Assembly (NCBI GenBank): GCA_964016885.1
Contig: OZ024757.1
Coordinates: 8,370,001 to 8,434,000 of the forward strand
Direction of reading: 5' to 3'
Length of the DNA: 64,000 nucleotides
From: Eledone cirrhosa
Lineage: Eukaryota
Positions 50,351-64,000 of the stretch are shown piece after piece (within the stretch, counting starts at the first letter, position 1; each line of letters begins with the position of its first letter). Made by a program: the position numbers and the translations under genes. The notes beneath the pieces are model-generated. The model was not told the origin of the DNA. It ran no database searches and worked only from the letters and a program-made list of their open reading frames with translations.

Positions 50351-51054
50351 GTCAGGTCACTCTCAAGTGCTACTGGTAACATGTAACCCAGTACAACCTC
50401 TCACATGGTCGGGTCGTCGGCGACTAAACCGGCAACCCCATCAAGTTTACTTGGTGAGGAGGGTGATTTTGGACATCCTGCAGGACAAAAACAAAACCTG
50501 ACAAAGGGCGGAAGAACTAATAAGAGTCAACGGCCATCCAAAAATAGTGTAAATGAGTATATAGTATATATTTGGTAGCCTTGGTCGGCAATCTGTTTAG
50601 GAGAGGGACCATTCTGATTTCAAAGCCAGGGTGGACAGAGCTCTTTGGCCTTGATAGGCAATCTGTCAAACCAATCCTGACTGGGTTAAACGACGACATT
50701 GGTAAGAAGGATGTCGAATCAGTAGATAAAGCAATGATCAAGTAACTGTGAATTTGGTTCATACTACTAGTGGCAGGGCGATCATATCAACTATTGTTTG
50801 GATGTTTCGGTGAGGCACAACTGCTCTAACACAGAGTACTGCTTTCACTTGTATGGAGTAGCGACCACAAGTGTATATCCAGCTATTGAAAGCTAAAAAG
50901 GAGAGCAAGCTCGACCTGATGATGATGATGATATATAAATAGTAATAATAATAAATTTGAAGACTAAAATCCAAAGAGGGCTCGATAAGGATAAATATAT
51001 ATCAAATATATAAGAACCGTAGAGCAAATATTTATTAAAATAACAGATTAAAGT

Positions 51055-54000
51055 TTTTACTTAGTTCCAGGTCACTGAAACTCATTAATTTGAAAGGTAT
51101 TAGTAGATTATATGCTACATTTAATACAGAAATGGCCTCTAAAGGACTAGAACTCTTCAATTTGAAGGAAATAGTAGATTATATGCCACATGTAATGGCT
51201 TCTAAAGTAGTAAAGCTCAATAATTCAAAGGAAATAGTAGTGTATGTGCAATATTTAATACAGAAATGGCTGTTAAAGGACTAGAACGGATTTAATTGGG
51301 GTAAATAGAAGTATATGTGTAATATTTAATACAGAAAATGTGTGTAAAGGACTAGAACTCTTCGATTTGAAGGAAATAGTACAGTATATGCAATATTTAA
51401 TACAGAAATGGCTTCTAAAGGCCTAGAAATATCTGATTCAAAGGAGAAATAGTAGTATATATGCCATATTTAATACAGAAATGGCTTGTACAGGACGAAA
51501 ACTCATTAATTCAAAGGATATTAGTAGATTATATGCCATATTTAATACAGAAATGGCTTCTAAATGACTAGAACTTTTAATTTGAAGGAAATAGTACATT
51601 ATATGCCATATTTAATATGGAAATGGCTTCTTAAGGACAATAACTCTTTAATTCGTAGTAAATAGTAGTATGTATGCAATATTTAATACAGAAATGGCTT
51701 CTACAGGACTAAAACACTTTAATTTGAAGAGTATTAGTAGATTATATGCAATATTTAATACATAAATGGCTTCTACAGAGCTAGAACTCATTAAATCAAA
51801 TAAAATAGTAGTGTATATGCAATATTTAATACAGTAATGGCTGTCAAAGGACTAGAACTAATATATTTGTAGGAAAGAGTAGTATAATTTAATAGCTTCT
51901 ACGGGGCTGAAACTCATTAATTTGAAGGGTATTACTAGATTATATGCAATATTTAATACAGAAATGGTCTTTAAACGACTAAACCTCTTCAATTTGAAGG
52001 AAATATTAGAGAACATGCAATATTTAATAAAGAAATAGCTTCTAAGGGAGTAAAACTAATATAATTGGGGGAAATAATAGTATATATGTCATATTTAATA
52101 AAGAAATGGCTTATAAAGCAGTAGAACTCTTTAATTTGAAGGGTATTTGTAGATTATATGCCATATTTAATATGGAAATGGCTTCTAAAGTATTAAATCT
52201 CATTAATTCAAGGGAAATAGTAATTTTTATTTAATATTTAATACAGAAATGCCTTCTAAAGTACTAGAAATTTTAATTCAAATAAAATAGTACATTATAT
52301 GCCATATTAAATATGGAAATGGCTTCTTAAGGACAAGAACTCATTAATTCGTAGTAAATAGTAGTATGTATGCAATATTTAATATGTAAATAGCTTCCAC
52401 AGGGCTAGAACTCATTAATTCGAAGGGAATAGTAGTGTATATGCAATGTTTAATACAGAAACGTCTTCTACAGGATGACAACTAATATATTTGGAGGAAA
52501 TAGAAGTATATATAATAATGAAATTATTGTGTAAAGTGCTCAGGTGCACTACAACTCGTCAATATAGTACATAGAATAATACACAAATGTCAGGGAAGTA
52601 CATGTGTGTATGTGTTAGCTGTAGTGTTGGCGGATCTCTGGAAGCATTGAGACCTTAAAGGATGCAGTGTCTCGACAACTGATGCAGGTAGTTTGTTCCA
52701 TGCTTCAGCAACTCTGAGCATCAAAAAATGTTTCCGAATGTCATGGGAACTGTGCTGTTTTCTTACTTTGTGGGCATGTCCACGTGTGTTAGACACATGG
52801 AAATCAAAAAGGTACTCAGGGTTGTTGATGGCAACATGGTTAACAATTTTGTGGGTGTTTACCAAGTCAGTTGCCAGGCGTCAGAGCTTCAATGAATCCA
52901 TGCCCAGGGAAGCAAGGCGTTCAGAGTATGGTAGATGCCTGATGGAGGGTATTTGCTTGGTTGTACGTCTCTGAACAGTTTCCAGGCAGTCAATGTTCTG
53001 AGCAAGATAGGGGTTCCAGACTGGTGATGCAAATTCTAAGTGTGGTCGCACCATAGCCATGTACAGCCTTAAATAGATAGCTGGAGAGTAGCTGACAAAG
53101 GTCTTGCTGAGTGATGCTAAGACACCCTCGGCCCTCTTGACAATTTTAGAGACGTGCTTCGTCCAACGCAAATCGCTGCTGACCGTAATGCCCAGGTCAC
53201 GTTCACAGGAAGACTTCTTGATATTAGTGCTGTGGAGAGAGTATGTGGACGCTGGGTTTTTACTCCCAAAATGCATGGTGGTGCACTTGTCCACAGCTAG
53301 CTTGAGTTGCCAGTCTGAGATCCATTGTTGCATTGTGTCCAGGTCAGACTGCAAGCAAGATCTATAGTGTTCAGGATCTGTCCTTTTTATCTCAAGGTAC
53401 AGCTTGATGTCGTCTGCGTACTTTAGTACTGTGGCATTCCTTAAGTTGGCATCTATGTCATTAATATATGCCACAAACAAAAGGGGGCCAAGAACAGATC
53501 CCTGTGGTACACCAGATGACATCTCATATGGTGAGGAATGCTGTCCCAGAACCGTGACTACCTCTCTTCGACTGAGAATGAAGGACTTCAACCAGTTTAT
53601 AAGATCATCCTTCACACCCATTGCAGAGAGTTTTGCCATAAGCCTTTTGTGTGGCACAGAATTGAAGGCCTTCGCAAAGTCAAGGTAAACAACATCCACC
53701 CATGAACCGCCATTATAGATCCGGGTGATGTCCTCAAGAAACTCTATAAGTTGATCACAGCAGCTGGAGTTGGGGATAAATCCAAATTGCGAGGGCCGGA
53801 TAAGACTGTGAGTGCTCCAGAAGTTCCAAAGTGTTTCTCTGACACAGGATTCCATCAGTTTGGCGATGCAACTAGTAAGACTGACTGGACGATAGTTCAC
53901 AGGTGATGTGCGGTCACCCTTTTTGAACAGAGGAATGACACTGGCAGTTTTCCACTGTTCTGGAGTAGCACTGTTGTTCAGGCAGAATTGGAAGAAGCGT

Positions 54001-57000
54001 GATAACTGGTGTAGAAGGAAGTACCCACCACGTTTAAGAAGCAGGTACGTAACACCATCAAGACCAGAAGAGGCATGGTTGCGTTTATTTTTTAGGTGAC
54101 GTCGCAGCATTGCAGGTGTAAATTCCATGGTTGTAATAGAGTCCGGTGTCATAGGTGGTGGAGATGGTACACTCTGGTCTTCAATAGTGAAAATGCCTGC
54201 ATAGCATTCAGCAATGAGCTCTGCACATTCCTTGGGGTCGTCAGTAACCTGGCTTGTGTGGGGATTGCGAAGAGGACCAACTGGAGAGTGAGCCCTCTGC
54301 TTTGAGTGAACATACTTCCAGAACACCTTACTGTTTGTAATATTTAATACGGAAATAGCTTCCAAAGACTTAGAAACCAGTAATTCAAAGGAAATAGTAG
54401 AGTATACACAATATTTAATACAGAAATGGCTTCTAAAGCACTAGAACTCTTTAATTTTAAGGAAATACTACAGTATATGCAATATATAATACAGAAATGG
54501 CTGTCAAAGGACTAGAACTAATATATTTGTAGTAAATAGTAGTATATATGTAATGTCTTCTGAACCACTAGAACTCTTTAATTTGAAGGATATTAATAGA
54601 TTATATGCAATATTTAATACGTAAATAGATTCCACAGGGCGAGAACTCATTAATTCGAAGTAAATATTGCACATACACTACTATTTCCCTCGAATTTATG
54701 AGCTTTACTCCTTTAGAGGCAATGTCCTTATTACATGTGACATATAATCTACTATTTCCTTCGAATTGAAAAGTTCTAGTAATTTAGAGGCCATTTCTGT
54801 ATTAAATATTGCATATAATCTAGTAATACCCTTCAAATTAATGAGTTTCAGCTCTGTAGAAGCCATTTCGGTATTAAATATTGCATAGACACTACTATTT
54901 CGTTCAAATTAATGAGTTGTAGCACTGTAAAGCTATTTATGAATTAAATATTGCATATAATCTATTAATACTCTTCAAATTAAAAAGTTTTAATCCTGTA
55001 GAAGCCATTTCTGTATTAAATATTGCTTTCATACTACTATTTACTACAAATTAAAAAGTTCTTGTCCTTAAGAAGCCATTTCCATATTAAATATGGCATA
55101 TAATGTACTATTTCATTTGGATTAAAATTTCTAGTCCTTTTCTAGACTTTTCTGAATTAAATATTGCACATATACAAATATATTCGTTCTAGTCTCTTGA
55201 CAGCCATTTCTGTATTAAATATGGCATATATACTACTATTTCCTTTGAATTGAGGAGTTCTAGTCTTTTAGAAGCCATTTCTGTATTAAATATGGCATAT
55301 AATCTACTAATATCCTTTGAATTAATGAGTTTTCGTCCTGTAGAAGCCATTTCTCTATTAAATATTGCATATAATGTACTATTTCCTTCAAATTAATGAG
55401 ATTTAGCCCTTTAGAAACCATTTCTATATTAAATGTTGCATATAAAATACTATTTCCTTTAGAAGCCATTTCTGTATTAAATATTGCACACACACTACTA
55501 TTTCCCTCAAATTAATGAGCTTTAGTCCTTTAGAAGCCATTTCCGTATTGAGTATAGCATATAATCTACTAATACCCTTTAAATTAAAGAGTTCTATTCC
55601 TTTAGAAGACATTTCTGTATTAAATATGGCGTATATACTACTATTTCCTCAAATTATATTAATTTTACTCCTTTAGAAGCCATTTCTTTATTAAATATAG
55701 CATATACTCTACTGTATCTTTCAAATTGAGGCGTTGTAGTCTTCTAAAGGCCATTTTTGCATTAAATGTGGCATATAATCTACTAATACCCTTCAAATTA
55801 ATGAGTTTCAGCCCTGTAGAAGTAATTTCTGTATCAAGTATTACATATACACTACTATTTTGTTCAAATTAATGAGTTCTAGCACTGTAGAAGCTATTTA
55901 TGTATTAAATATAGCATATAATCTATTAATACTCTTCAAATTAAAGAGTTTTAGTCCTGTAGAAGCCGTTTCTGTATTAAATATTTCATACATACTACTA
56001 TTTACTACAAATTAAAGAGTTCTTATTCTTAAGAAGCCATTTCCATATTAAATATGGCATATAATATACTATTTCCTTTGAATTAAAAGTTCTAGTCCTT
56101 TAGAAGCCATTTCTGCATTAAATATTGCGTATACTCTACTATTTCCTTCAAATTTATGGGTTCTAGCACTGTTGAAGCTATTTCTCTATTAAATATTGCA
56201 TATACTGTACTATTTCCTTTGAAGCGAGGAGTTCTATTCCTTTAGAAGCAATTTCTGTATTGAATATTGCTCATATATTATTATTTCCCTTGAATTAATG
56301 AGATTTAGTCCTTTAGAAGCCATTTCCATATTAAATATGGCATATAATCTACTAATACCCTTCAAATTAAACAGTTCTACTGCTTTAGAAGCCATTTCTT
56401 TATTAAATATGGCATATATACTACTATTTCCTCCAATTATATTAGTTTTACTCCCTTAGATTTCATTCCTTTCTTAAATATTTCTGTATTAAATATGGCA
56501 TATAATCTACAAATATCCTTCAAATTAAAGACTTCTAGTCATTTACAAGCCATTTATGTATTAAATATTGCATATAATGTACTATTTCCTTCGAATTAAT
56601 GAGCTTTTGCCCTTTAGAAGCCATTTCTATATTAAATGTTGCATATAATCTACTAATATCCTTCAAATCAGTGAGTTTTAGTCCTGTAGAAGCCATTTCT
56701 TTATTAAGTATGGCATATATACTACTATTTCCTTCGAATTAATGAGCTTTACTCCTTTAGAGACCATTTATTTATTATATCTGGCATATAATCTACTCTT
56801 TCCTATAAATTGAAAATAAAGAGTTCTAGTGCTTCAGAAGCCATTTCTGTATTAAATATTACATATATACTACTATTTACTACAAATATATTAGTTCTAG
56901 TCCTTTGACAGTGATTTCTGTATTGAATATTGCATATACTGTACTATTTCCTTAAAATTAAAGGGTTCTAGTGCTTCAGAAGCCATTTCTGTATTAAATA

Positions 57001-58650
57001 TGGCATATATATTACTAATAGCCTTTAAATTAAAGAGTTCTACTGCTTTAGAAGCCATTTCTGTATTAAATATTGTGTATACTCTACTATTTCCTTCGAA
57101 TTACTGGTTTCTAGCTCTGCAGAAGCTATTTCTGTATTAAACACTACATATATACTTCTATTTCCTCCAAAAATAGTAGTTGTCATCCTGTAGAAGACGT
57201 TTCTGTATTAAAAATAGGATATATACTACTATTTGATTCGATTTAAAGAGTTCTAGTCCTTCAGAAGCCATTTCTGTATTAAATATGGCATATAATCTAA
57301 TAATACCCCTCATATTAATGAGTTTTAGTCCTGTAGAAGCCATTTCATTATTAAATATTCGATATACTCTACTATTTCCATCGAATTAAAGAGATTTCTT
57401 CATTTAGAAGTAATTTCTGTATTAAATATGGCATATAATCTAACAATAACCCTCATATTAATGATTTTTAGTCTTGTAGAAGCCATTTATGGAGTAAATA
57501 TTGCATTTATACTACTATTTGATTCGAATTAAAGCGTTCTAGTCCTTTAGAAGCCATTTCTTTATTAAATATGGCACATATACTACTAATAACCCTCATA
57601 TTAATTAGTTTTAGTCCTGTAGAAGCTATTTCTGTATTAAATATTGCATATACACTACTATTTCCATTGAATTAATGAGATCCCTCCATTTAGAAGCCAT
57701 TTCTGTATTAAATATGGCACATATACTACTAATAACCCTCATATTAATTAGTTTTAGTCCTGTAGAAGCTATTTCTGTATTACATATTGCATATACACTA
57801 CTATTTCCATCGAATTAATGATATCTCTGAATTTAAAAGTCATTTCTGTATTAAATATGTTATATAATCAACTAATACCCTCATATTAATGAGTTTTAGT
57901 CCTTTAGAAGGCATTTCTGTATTAAATATAGGATATATACTAGTATTTTATTCAATTTAAAGAGTTCTAGTCCTTTAGAACCCATTTCTGTATTAAATAT
58001 GGCATATAATCTACTAATACCCCTCATATTAATGAGTTTTCATCCTGTAGAAGCCATATCTATATTAAATATTGGATATACACTACAATTTACATCGAAT
58101 AAATAAGTTCTCTACATTTAGAAGCCATTTACGTATTAAATATGGCATATATACTACTAATACCCCTCATATTAATGAGTTTTAGTCTTGTAGAAGCCAT
58201 TTCTGCATTAAATATTGCATATATACTACTATTTGATTCTAATTAAAGAGTTCTAGTCATTTAGAACCCATTTCCGTATTAAATATGCCATATACGCTAC
58301 TAATACCCCTTATATAAATGAGTTTTATCTTTGTAGAAGACAGTTCTGTATTAAATATTGGATATACAGTATATTTCCATCGAATTAAAGAGATCTCTTC
58401 ATTTAGAAGCCATTTGCGTATTAAATATGGCATATATACTACTAATAACCTTCATATTAATGACTTTTAGTCTTGTAGAAGACATTTCTGTATTAAATAT
58501 TGGATATACAATAAATATTTCCATCGAATAAATTAGTTCTCTGCATTTAGAAGCCATTTACGTATTAAATATGGTATATATATATTACTAATACCCCTCA
58601 TATTAATGAATTTAGTATTGTTGAAAAAATTTCTCTATTAAATATTGCAT
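51055..58650. repeat. 71-bp satellite, array 3, interrupted by CR1 (52512-54335); orientation flips at ~54665
   Basis: It has the same unit and is collinear with arrays 1 and 2. Confidence 0.95.
52512..54335 (-). mobile_element. 5'-truncated CR1 LINE inserted in the satellite; RT domain open
   Basis: ORF 52881-54365 has all RT motifs; its first ~10 codons come from the satellite. The 5' junction is the same as at 25120. Confidence 0.95.
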
Positions 58651-59343
58651 CATCATCATCATCATCATCAACGTTTAACGTCCGTGTTCCACGCTTGCAT
58701 GGGTTCGGACGGGGGTTTTCCCACTTGAGGCAAGAGTGGTTGTCTTGCTCGCATAGGACTGTCTGGCAGGTTTTCTACAGTTGGATGCCCTTCCTAACAC
58801 CAACCACATTTACAGTGTGGGGCTGGGAGGTTTTTACCGTGTTGCCTACACAGCCACATTACAGCGTGGACTGTGTGTTTTTTTGTCGTGACACCTACAC
58901 GACCTCATTTGTTTCGGCCTGGATGTTGTGACACCAACATAACTTTACATTGAAAGGGGCGGTGTGGATGGGGTGGGGATGGTGGGACGGGCGTGTATTT
59001 TGTTAGAGATGCCTACTGGCTGTAGTAGGTTTTACTGTGTATTTAGGTAAGGCGGGTCTTCTCTGTTACTGAGTACCGCCAAAGGTCTCGGTCCAGTGAC
59101 ACTGTCTTGGAGAGGTGTAAGTGTGTGAGGTCGGAGTTTATCAGCTCGTCCCAGGTTTTTCTAGGTCTGCCTATTCCGTGGCTACCGTCTATCTTTATTG
59201 CCCTGCACTTTGTTATACAGCTATCGACTTTCATGCGCATCACGTGACCATACCAACATAGCCTTCTCTCGAGTAAACAACATCTGATCCCTCTTATTTC
59301 TAATTTTTTCCTTAGTTCGTTTATGCTTTGCCGTTCACATATA
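58648..59343 (-). mobile_element. RTE 3' fragment, same subfamily as 47010-48018
   Basis: It is a near-identical reverse complement of 47335-48018, with (CAT)n at 58648. Confidence 0.92.
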
Positions 59344-59384
59344 CGACTATTTCATTCTAATTAAAGAGTTCTAGTCCTTATATA

Positions 59385-60045
59385 CAGCTACCTAGGGTAC
59401 AGACCTCAGAGAGACACAGAGCTACCTAGGGTACAGACCTCAGAGAGACACAGAGTCACCTAGGGTACAGACCTCAGAGAGACACAGAGCCACCTAGGGT
59501 ACAGATCTTAGAGAGACACAGAGCTACCTAGAGTACAGATCTTAGAGAGACACAGAGTCACCTAGGGTACAAACCTCAGACAGACACAGAGCCAGCTAGG
59601 GTACAGACCTCAGACAGACACAGAGCCACCTAGGGTACAGATCTTAGAGAGACACAGAGCCACCTAGGGTACAGACCTTAGAGAGACAACCAGTCACCTA
59701 GGGTACAGACCTCAGACAGACACAGACCCACGTAGGGTACAGACATCAGAGAGACACAGAGCCACCTAGGGTACAGACCTCAGAGAGATACAGAGCCACC
59801 TAGGGTACAGACCTGAGAGAGACATAGGGCCACCTAGGGTACAGACCTCAGAGAGACACAGAGCCACCTAGGGTACAGATCTCAGACAGACACAGAGCCA
59901 CCTAGAGTACAGACCTCAGGGAGACACCCAGCCACCTAGGGTACAGATCTCAGGGAGACATAGGGCCACCTAGGGTACAGACCTCAGGCAGACATAGGGC
60001 CACCTAGGGTACAGAGAGACAGACAACCAGCTAGAGTACAGACAT
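59385..60045. repeat. 34-bp minisatellite (~19 copies)
   Basis: The unit GCCACCTAGGGTACAGACCTCAGAGAGACACAGA starts at 59761 and again at 59795. Confidence 0.96.
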
Positions 60046-60179
60046 CAGATTGGTAGATTACTGAACTTTAAAGTATCACAGTTTTATACAGGGCTGGTGC
60101 TACCATGAAGGCCAACTAGGGTACATTACAGAAACTTAAGGACATACTTAGTTCCCCTGCAACACATTACCTAGTCTGG

Positions 60180-60602
60180 TATTATGAAGGCCCTGAACAA
60201 GGATGTTAAAGCTACACTTAATACACAGTGGTGTTAGGAAGGCCCTGAACATAGATGATGTTAAATTCTACAATTAATACAGAGTAATGTTAGGAAGGCC
60301 CTGAACAAGGATATCAAAATCTACACTTAGAACACAGTAGTTTTAGGAAGGCCCAGAACAAGGATGTTAAAATCTACACTCTGTACACAATAATGTTAGG
60401 AAGGCCCTGAACAAGGATATCCAAATCTACACTTAGTACACAGTAATGTTAGAAAGGCCCTGAACAAGGATATAAAATGCTACACTCAGTACACAGTAAT
60501 GTTAGGAAGGCCCTGAACAAGGATATAAAATGCTACACTTAGTACACAGTAATGGTAGGAAGGCCCTGAACAAGGATATCAAAATCTATATTTACAACAC
60601 AG
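60180..60602. repeat. 53-bp minisatellite, second array (inverted units also at 61900-61970)
   Basis: It has the same unit as 29140-29992. Confidence 0.94.
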
Positions 60603-60649
60603 TTGTGTGTGTGTTTTGAGAATTAATAATTATATAAACAAGTTTGTAA

Positions 60650-61365
60650 TGAACAATTTATTTCTTATCAAAACTGTATAAACATGATATTATTTACAGT
60701 AAGTATAACAATAATAATGATGGTTTCTAGTAAAGGTGGAAGGCCAGTAATTTGGGGGAGGGGAAAGTTGATTAAATCGAAGAGAGAAAGAAAGAAGAAA
60801 CAGAACGGGAAGGAGAGGGGATGGCAAGAGGTCCGGTGTCGCAGAAGAGAGGGGAGGGTGGTTGAGTCTAGGGCAAGAGGGCAGAAATGTTGCGCCCCAC
60901 GGATAAGACGGCAAAAGTATTCTCTCGGACGATGGCCAGAGATACCCAATGCAACAACCACCCAACCTCGCGGGGTTCCCTCCTCAGACGGGCCGCTGAC
61001 GCTCCAATCTTGTGGAGGAGCTCGGCAGTACGGGGTCCAAGTACTCCTGGGGTCTCGACGTTGACTGGTGCAGAGAGGAAGGGGCCGGACAGTCCTCGGT
61101 ATTTGTTTATTTCACGTTCTTCTGGAAGGTGGGCTGCGATGCCGGGGTTTGTGGCCGAAACGACTTGGAAACGAAGTTGGAGGCGGAGATTGTGTCGTAG
61201 CTGGTGGTGTCCCAGATGAGGGACCTACGTCCTTCGAATGGGAAGAGAGTGATTCCGTCGGGGCGCTTGCCATCTCCGGGACCTGTTGGCCCCAGTTGTG
61301 ATGGGAAGCCAGCTGCGTCCAGGCTTCTTCTCAATATGTCATTGAGAACGGCGAGTATCTATTCA
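60650..61365 (-). mobile_element. CRE-like RLE fragment, inverted paralog of 30525-31250
   Basis: ORF 61107-61334 is nearly identical to 30556-30783. Confidence 0.8.
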
Positions 61366-61970
61366 ATAATTATTTAAACATTGAAATTTTAGGTTCAACT
61401 ACCTTTTAAACCAAATACATTAAGAAAGGCATGACCAACACCACATCATTTTTATTTCTATTTTGAAAGTAGGTTTATAAGTATTAAATTTCAGTAGATT
61501 CTTATATCCTTCATGGTGGTCTGGTGGGAGATACGAGAGATGGTGGAGGTTCTGATCTGGGGTTCAATCCTGCTTAGGAGATACTCTAAGGGGGTTCATA
61601 CTAAACTTCTTCAGTGTTTCTTATCTCTAGAGACAAATATATATACATAAGGTAATCTGGTAAAGTTGTTAGAACATCACATAGAATTCTTTGTAGTATT
61701 TTTTCCAGTTCTTTAATCTGAGTTCAACTTTACTTTTCTTCCATTCGGGGTTGATAATAAAGTACCAGTCAAATACTGGGGGTTAATTCTTCCTCTATAT
61801 CTCTTTCTCACTCTCTGTCTGTTTTATTAAGACATGGAGAGGTGATGTACTCTACCAGGTTTCATAATGAGTGATGGGGTCATACCTGCCTGCAATACTA
61901 CTGTGTACTAAGTGTAGCATATTATATCCTTGTTCAGGGCCTTCCTGACATTACTGTGTACTGAGTGTAG

Positions 61971-64000
61971 TAGAGTGTATGCCATATTTAATACAGAAAT
62001 GGCTTATAAAGCACTAGAACTCTTTAATTTTAAGGAAATAGTACAGTATATGCAATATTCAATACAGAAATCACTGTCAAAGGACTAGAACTAATATATT
62101 TGTAGTAAATAGTAGTATATATGTAATATTTAATACAGAAATTGCTTCTGAAGCACTAGAACTCTTTAATTTGAAGGATATTAATAGATATTATGCAATA
62201 TTTAATATGTAAATAGATTCCACAGGGCTAGAACTCATTAATTCGAAGGAAATAGTAGTGTATATGCAATATTTAATACAGAAATAACTTCTACAGGGCT
62301 GAAATTCATTAATATGAGGGACATTAATACATTATATGCTATATTTAATACAGAAATTGCCTCTAAAAGACTAGAACTTTTCAGTTTATAGGAAAGAGTA
62401 GATTATATACCACATGTAATAAATAAATGGTCTCTAAAGGAGTAAAGCTCATTAATTCGAAGGAAATAGTAGTATATATGCCATACTTAATATAGAAATG
62501 GCTTCTAAAGGGCAAAAGCTCATTAATTCAAAGGAAATAGTACATTATATGCAATATTTAATACAGAAATGGCTTGTGAAGGACTAGAAGTCATTAATTT
62601 GAAGGATATTTGTAGATTATATGCCATATTTAAGAAAGAAATGGATTCTAAGGGAGTAAAACTAACATAATTGGAGGAAATAGTAGTATATATGCCATAT
62701 TTAATACGGAAATGGCTTCTAAAGGACTAAATCTCATTAATTTGAGGGAAATAGTAATGTATGTGTAATATTCAATACAGAAATTGCTTCTAAAGGAATA
62801 GAACTCTTCGATTCAAAGGAAATAGTACAGTATATGCAATATTTAACAGAGAAATAGCTTCAACAGAGCTAGAACCCATAAATTTGAAAGAAATAGTAGA
62901 GTATACGCAATATTTAATACATAAATAGCTTCTACAGTGCTTGAACTTTTAGCAGTATTAGTTATAGATGTTATCGCCACTTTAGCAGGGTGGTAGAATC
63001 AGTGGTCGTTAGTTGCCAGTCTGGTAAGTGATAGTATCCTCGTTGGATTATCTTGTTGACATAGACGTGAGGGAAGGTCCCTCGATCTATTTACCATCTA
63101 TTTACAATATTCCTTTCGGCAGGTCGCCAATTTCAGCAGCATGGATTAAAGTTGTTATTGAGACACGAGTAACATAACAACGACTTCAACCGCAGTAATT
63201 AGAGATGAAATGTTTGTTTATTTATATGGTTGAAGTTACAGATAAAAAGAGGTTACAAAATGGAATGTGCCAATGCGCCGTTAAGCCGGCGAGGCTAGGG
63301 GTGCAATATCTCACTGCTACATTATGCGTGTTGCTGGCTCGAAGTTTCTGGTACAAGAGAGAGATTCTTCAAATCTTCGCGGGGAATTTCTTCCTCAGGG
63401 CACGTAGGGATACATCCTCTTCTACTGGCGCTGATTGGCTGAACTGAGCCAAATCACGCACAGAGAATGTATGTGAGCCCGCGGAATGTAGGTCACTACA
63501 GTATCATTGATTTGAACACAATAGTAGTGTATATGTAATATTTGTTACGGAAATTACTTCTATAGGGTTGAAACTCATTAATTTAAGGGTATTAGTAGAT
63601 TATATGCCACATTTAATGCAGAAATGACCTTCAGAAGACTACAATGCCTCAATTCGAAAGAAATAGTAGAGTATATGCTATATTTAATAAAGAAATGTCT
63701 TCTAAAGGAGTAAAATTAATATAATTTGAGGAAATAGTAGTATATACGCTATATTTAATACAGAAATGTCTTCTAAAGGACTTTTATTTAAAGGGTATTA
63801 GTAGATTATATTCTATACACAATACGGAAATGGCTTCTAAAGGACTAAAGCTCATTAATTTGAGGGAAATAGTAGTGTATGTGCAATATTTAATACAGAA
63901 ATGGCTTCTAAAGGAATAGAACTCTTCGATTCGAAGGAAATAGTATTTTATATGCAACATTTAATATAGAAATGGTTTCTAAAGGGCTAAATCTCATTAA
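61971..64000. repeat. 71-bp satellite, array 4 (inverted relative to 26.2-28.0 kb)
   Basis: 61995-62085 is the reverse complement of ~27910-28000. Confidence 0.93.
62945..63500 (-). mobile_element. LTR retrotransposon 5' LTR + PBS + short internal stub (Gypsy-like)
   Basis: The minus strand starts TGTAGTGACC at 63500, has AATAAA near 63220, and carries the PBS-like TGGCGACCTGCCGAAAGG at 63129-63112. A canonical CA end is not evident. Confidence 0.65.

Noticed and set aside
52881-54365. 494-aa RT ORF as a domesticated gene
   Set aside because: It is a 5'-truncated CR1 whose ATG comes from the adjacent satellite; it ends in a premature stop, and the paralog is disrupted.

Overview
Repeat-dense, AT-rich eukaryotic (animal) DNA with no prokaryotic features. 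The C2H2 finger style, the SINE/RTE families and the very abundant (TA)n suggest a cephalopod such as octopus; this is inference only. The one host-gene candidate is a decaying C2H2 zinc-finger gene (9.27-9.89 kb, minus). The rest comprises CR1, RTE and CRE-like LINEs, tRNA-derived SINEs, a Helitron, a Merlin transposon, a Gypsy-type LTR with PBS, hAT-like MITE ends and several satellites (about 20, 34, 37, 53, 61 and 71 bp units), arranged in nested direct and inverted segmental duplications. The most interesting signal is non-coding. Between 33 and 48.5 kb I can hand-fold seven type I hammerhead ribozymes with complete cores, from about four sequence families, plus several degenerate halves. 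All have the short palindromic helix III typical of Penelope-like elements, most lie in or beside (TA)n tracts, and two loci are long palindromes with a ribozyme on each arm. One of these double-hammerhead palindromes has an empty paralogous site inside the window, and another uses the compensatory U3-A8 core. All alignments and folds were done by eye, so coordinates are approximate except where motifs are spelled out.
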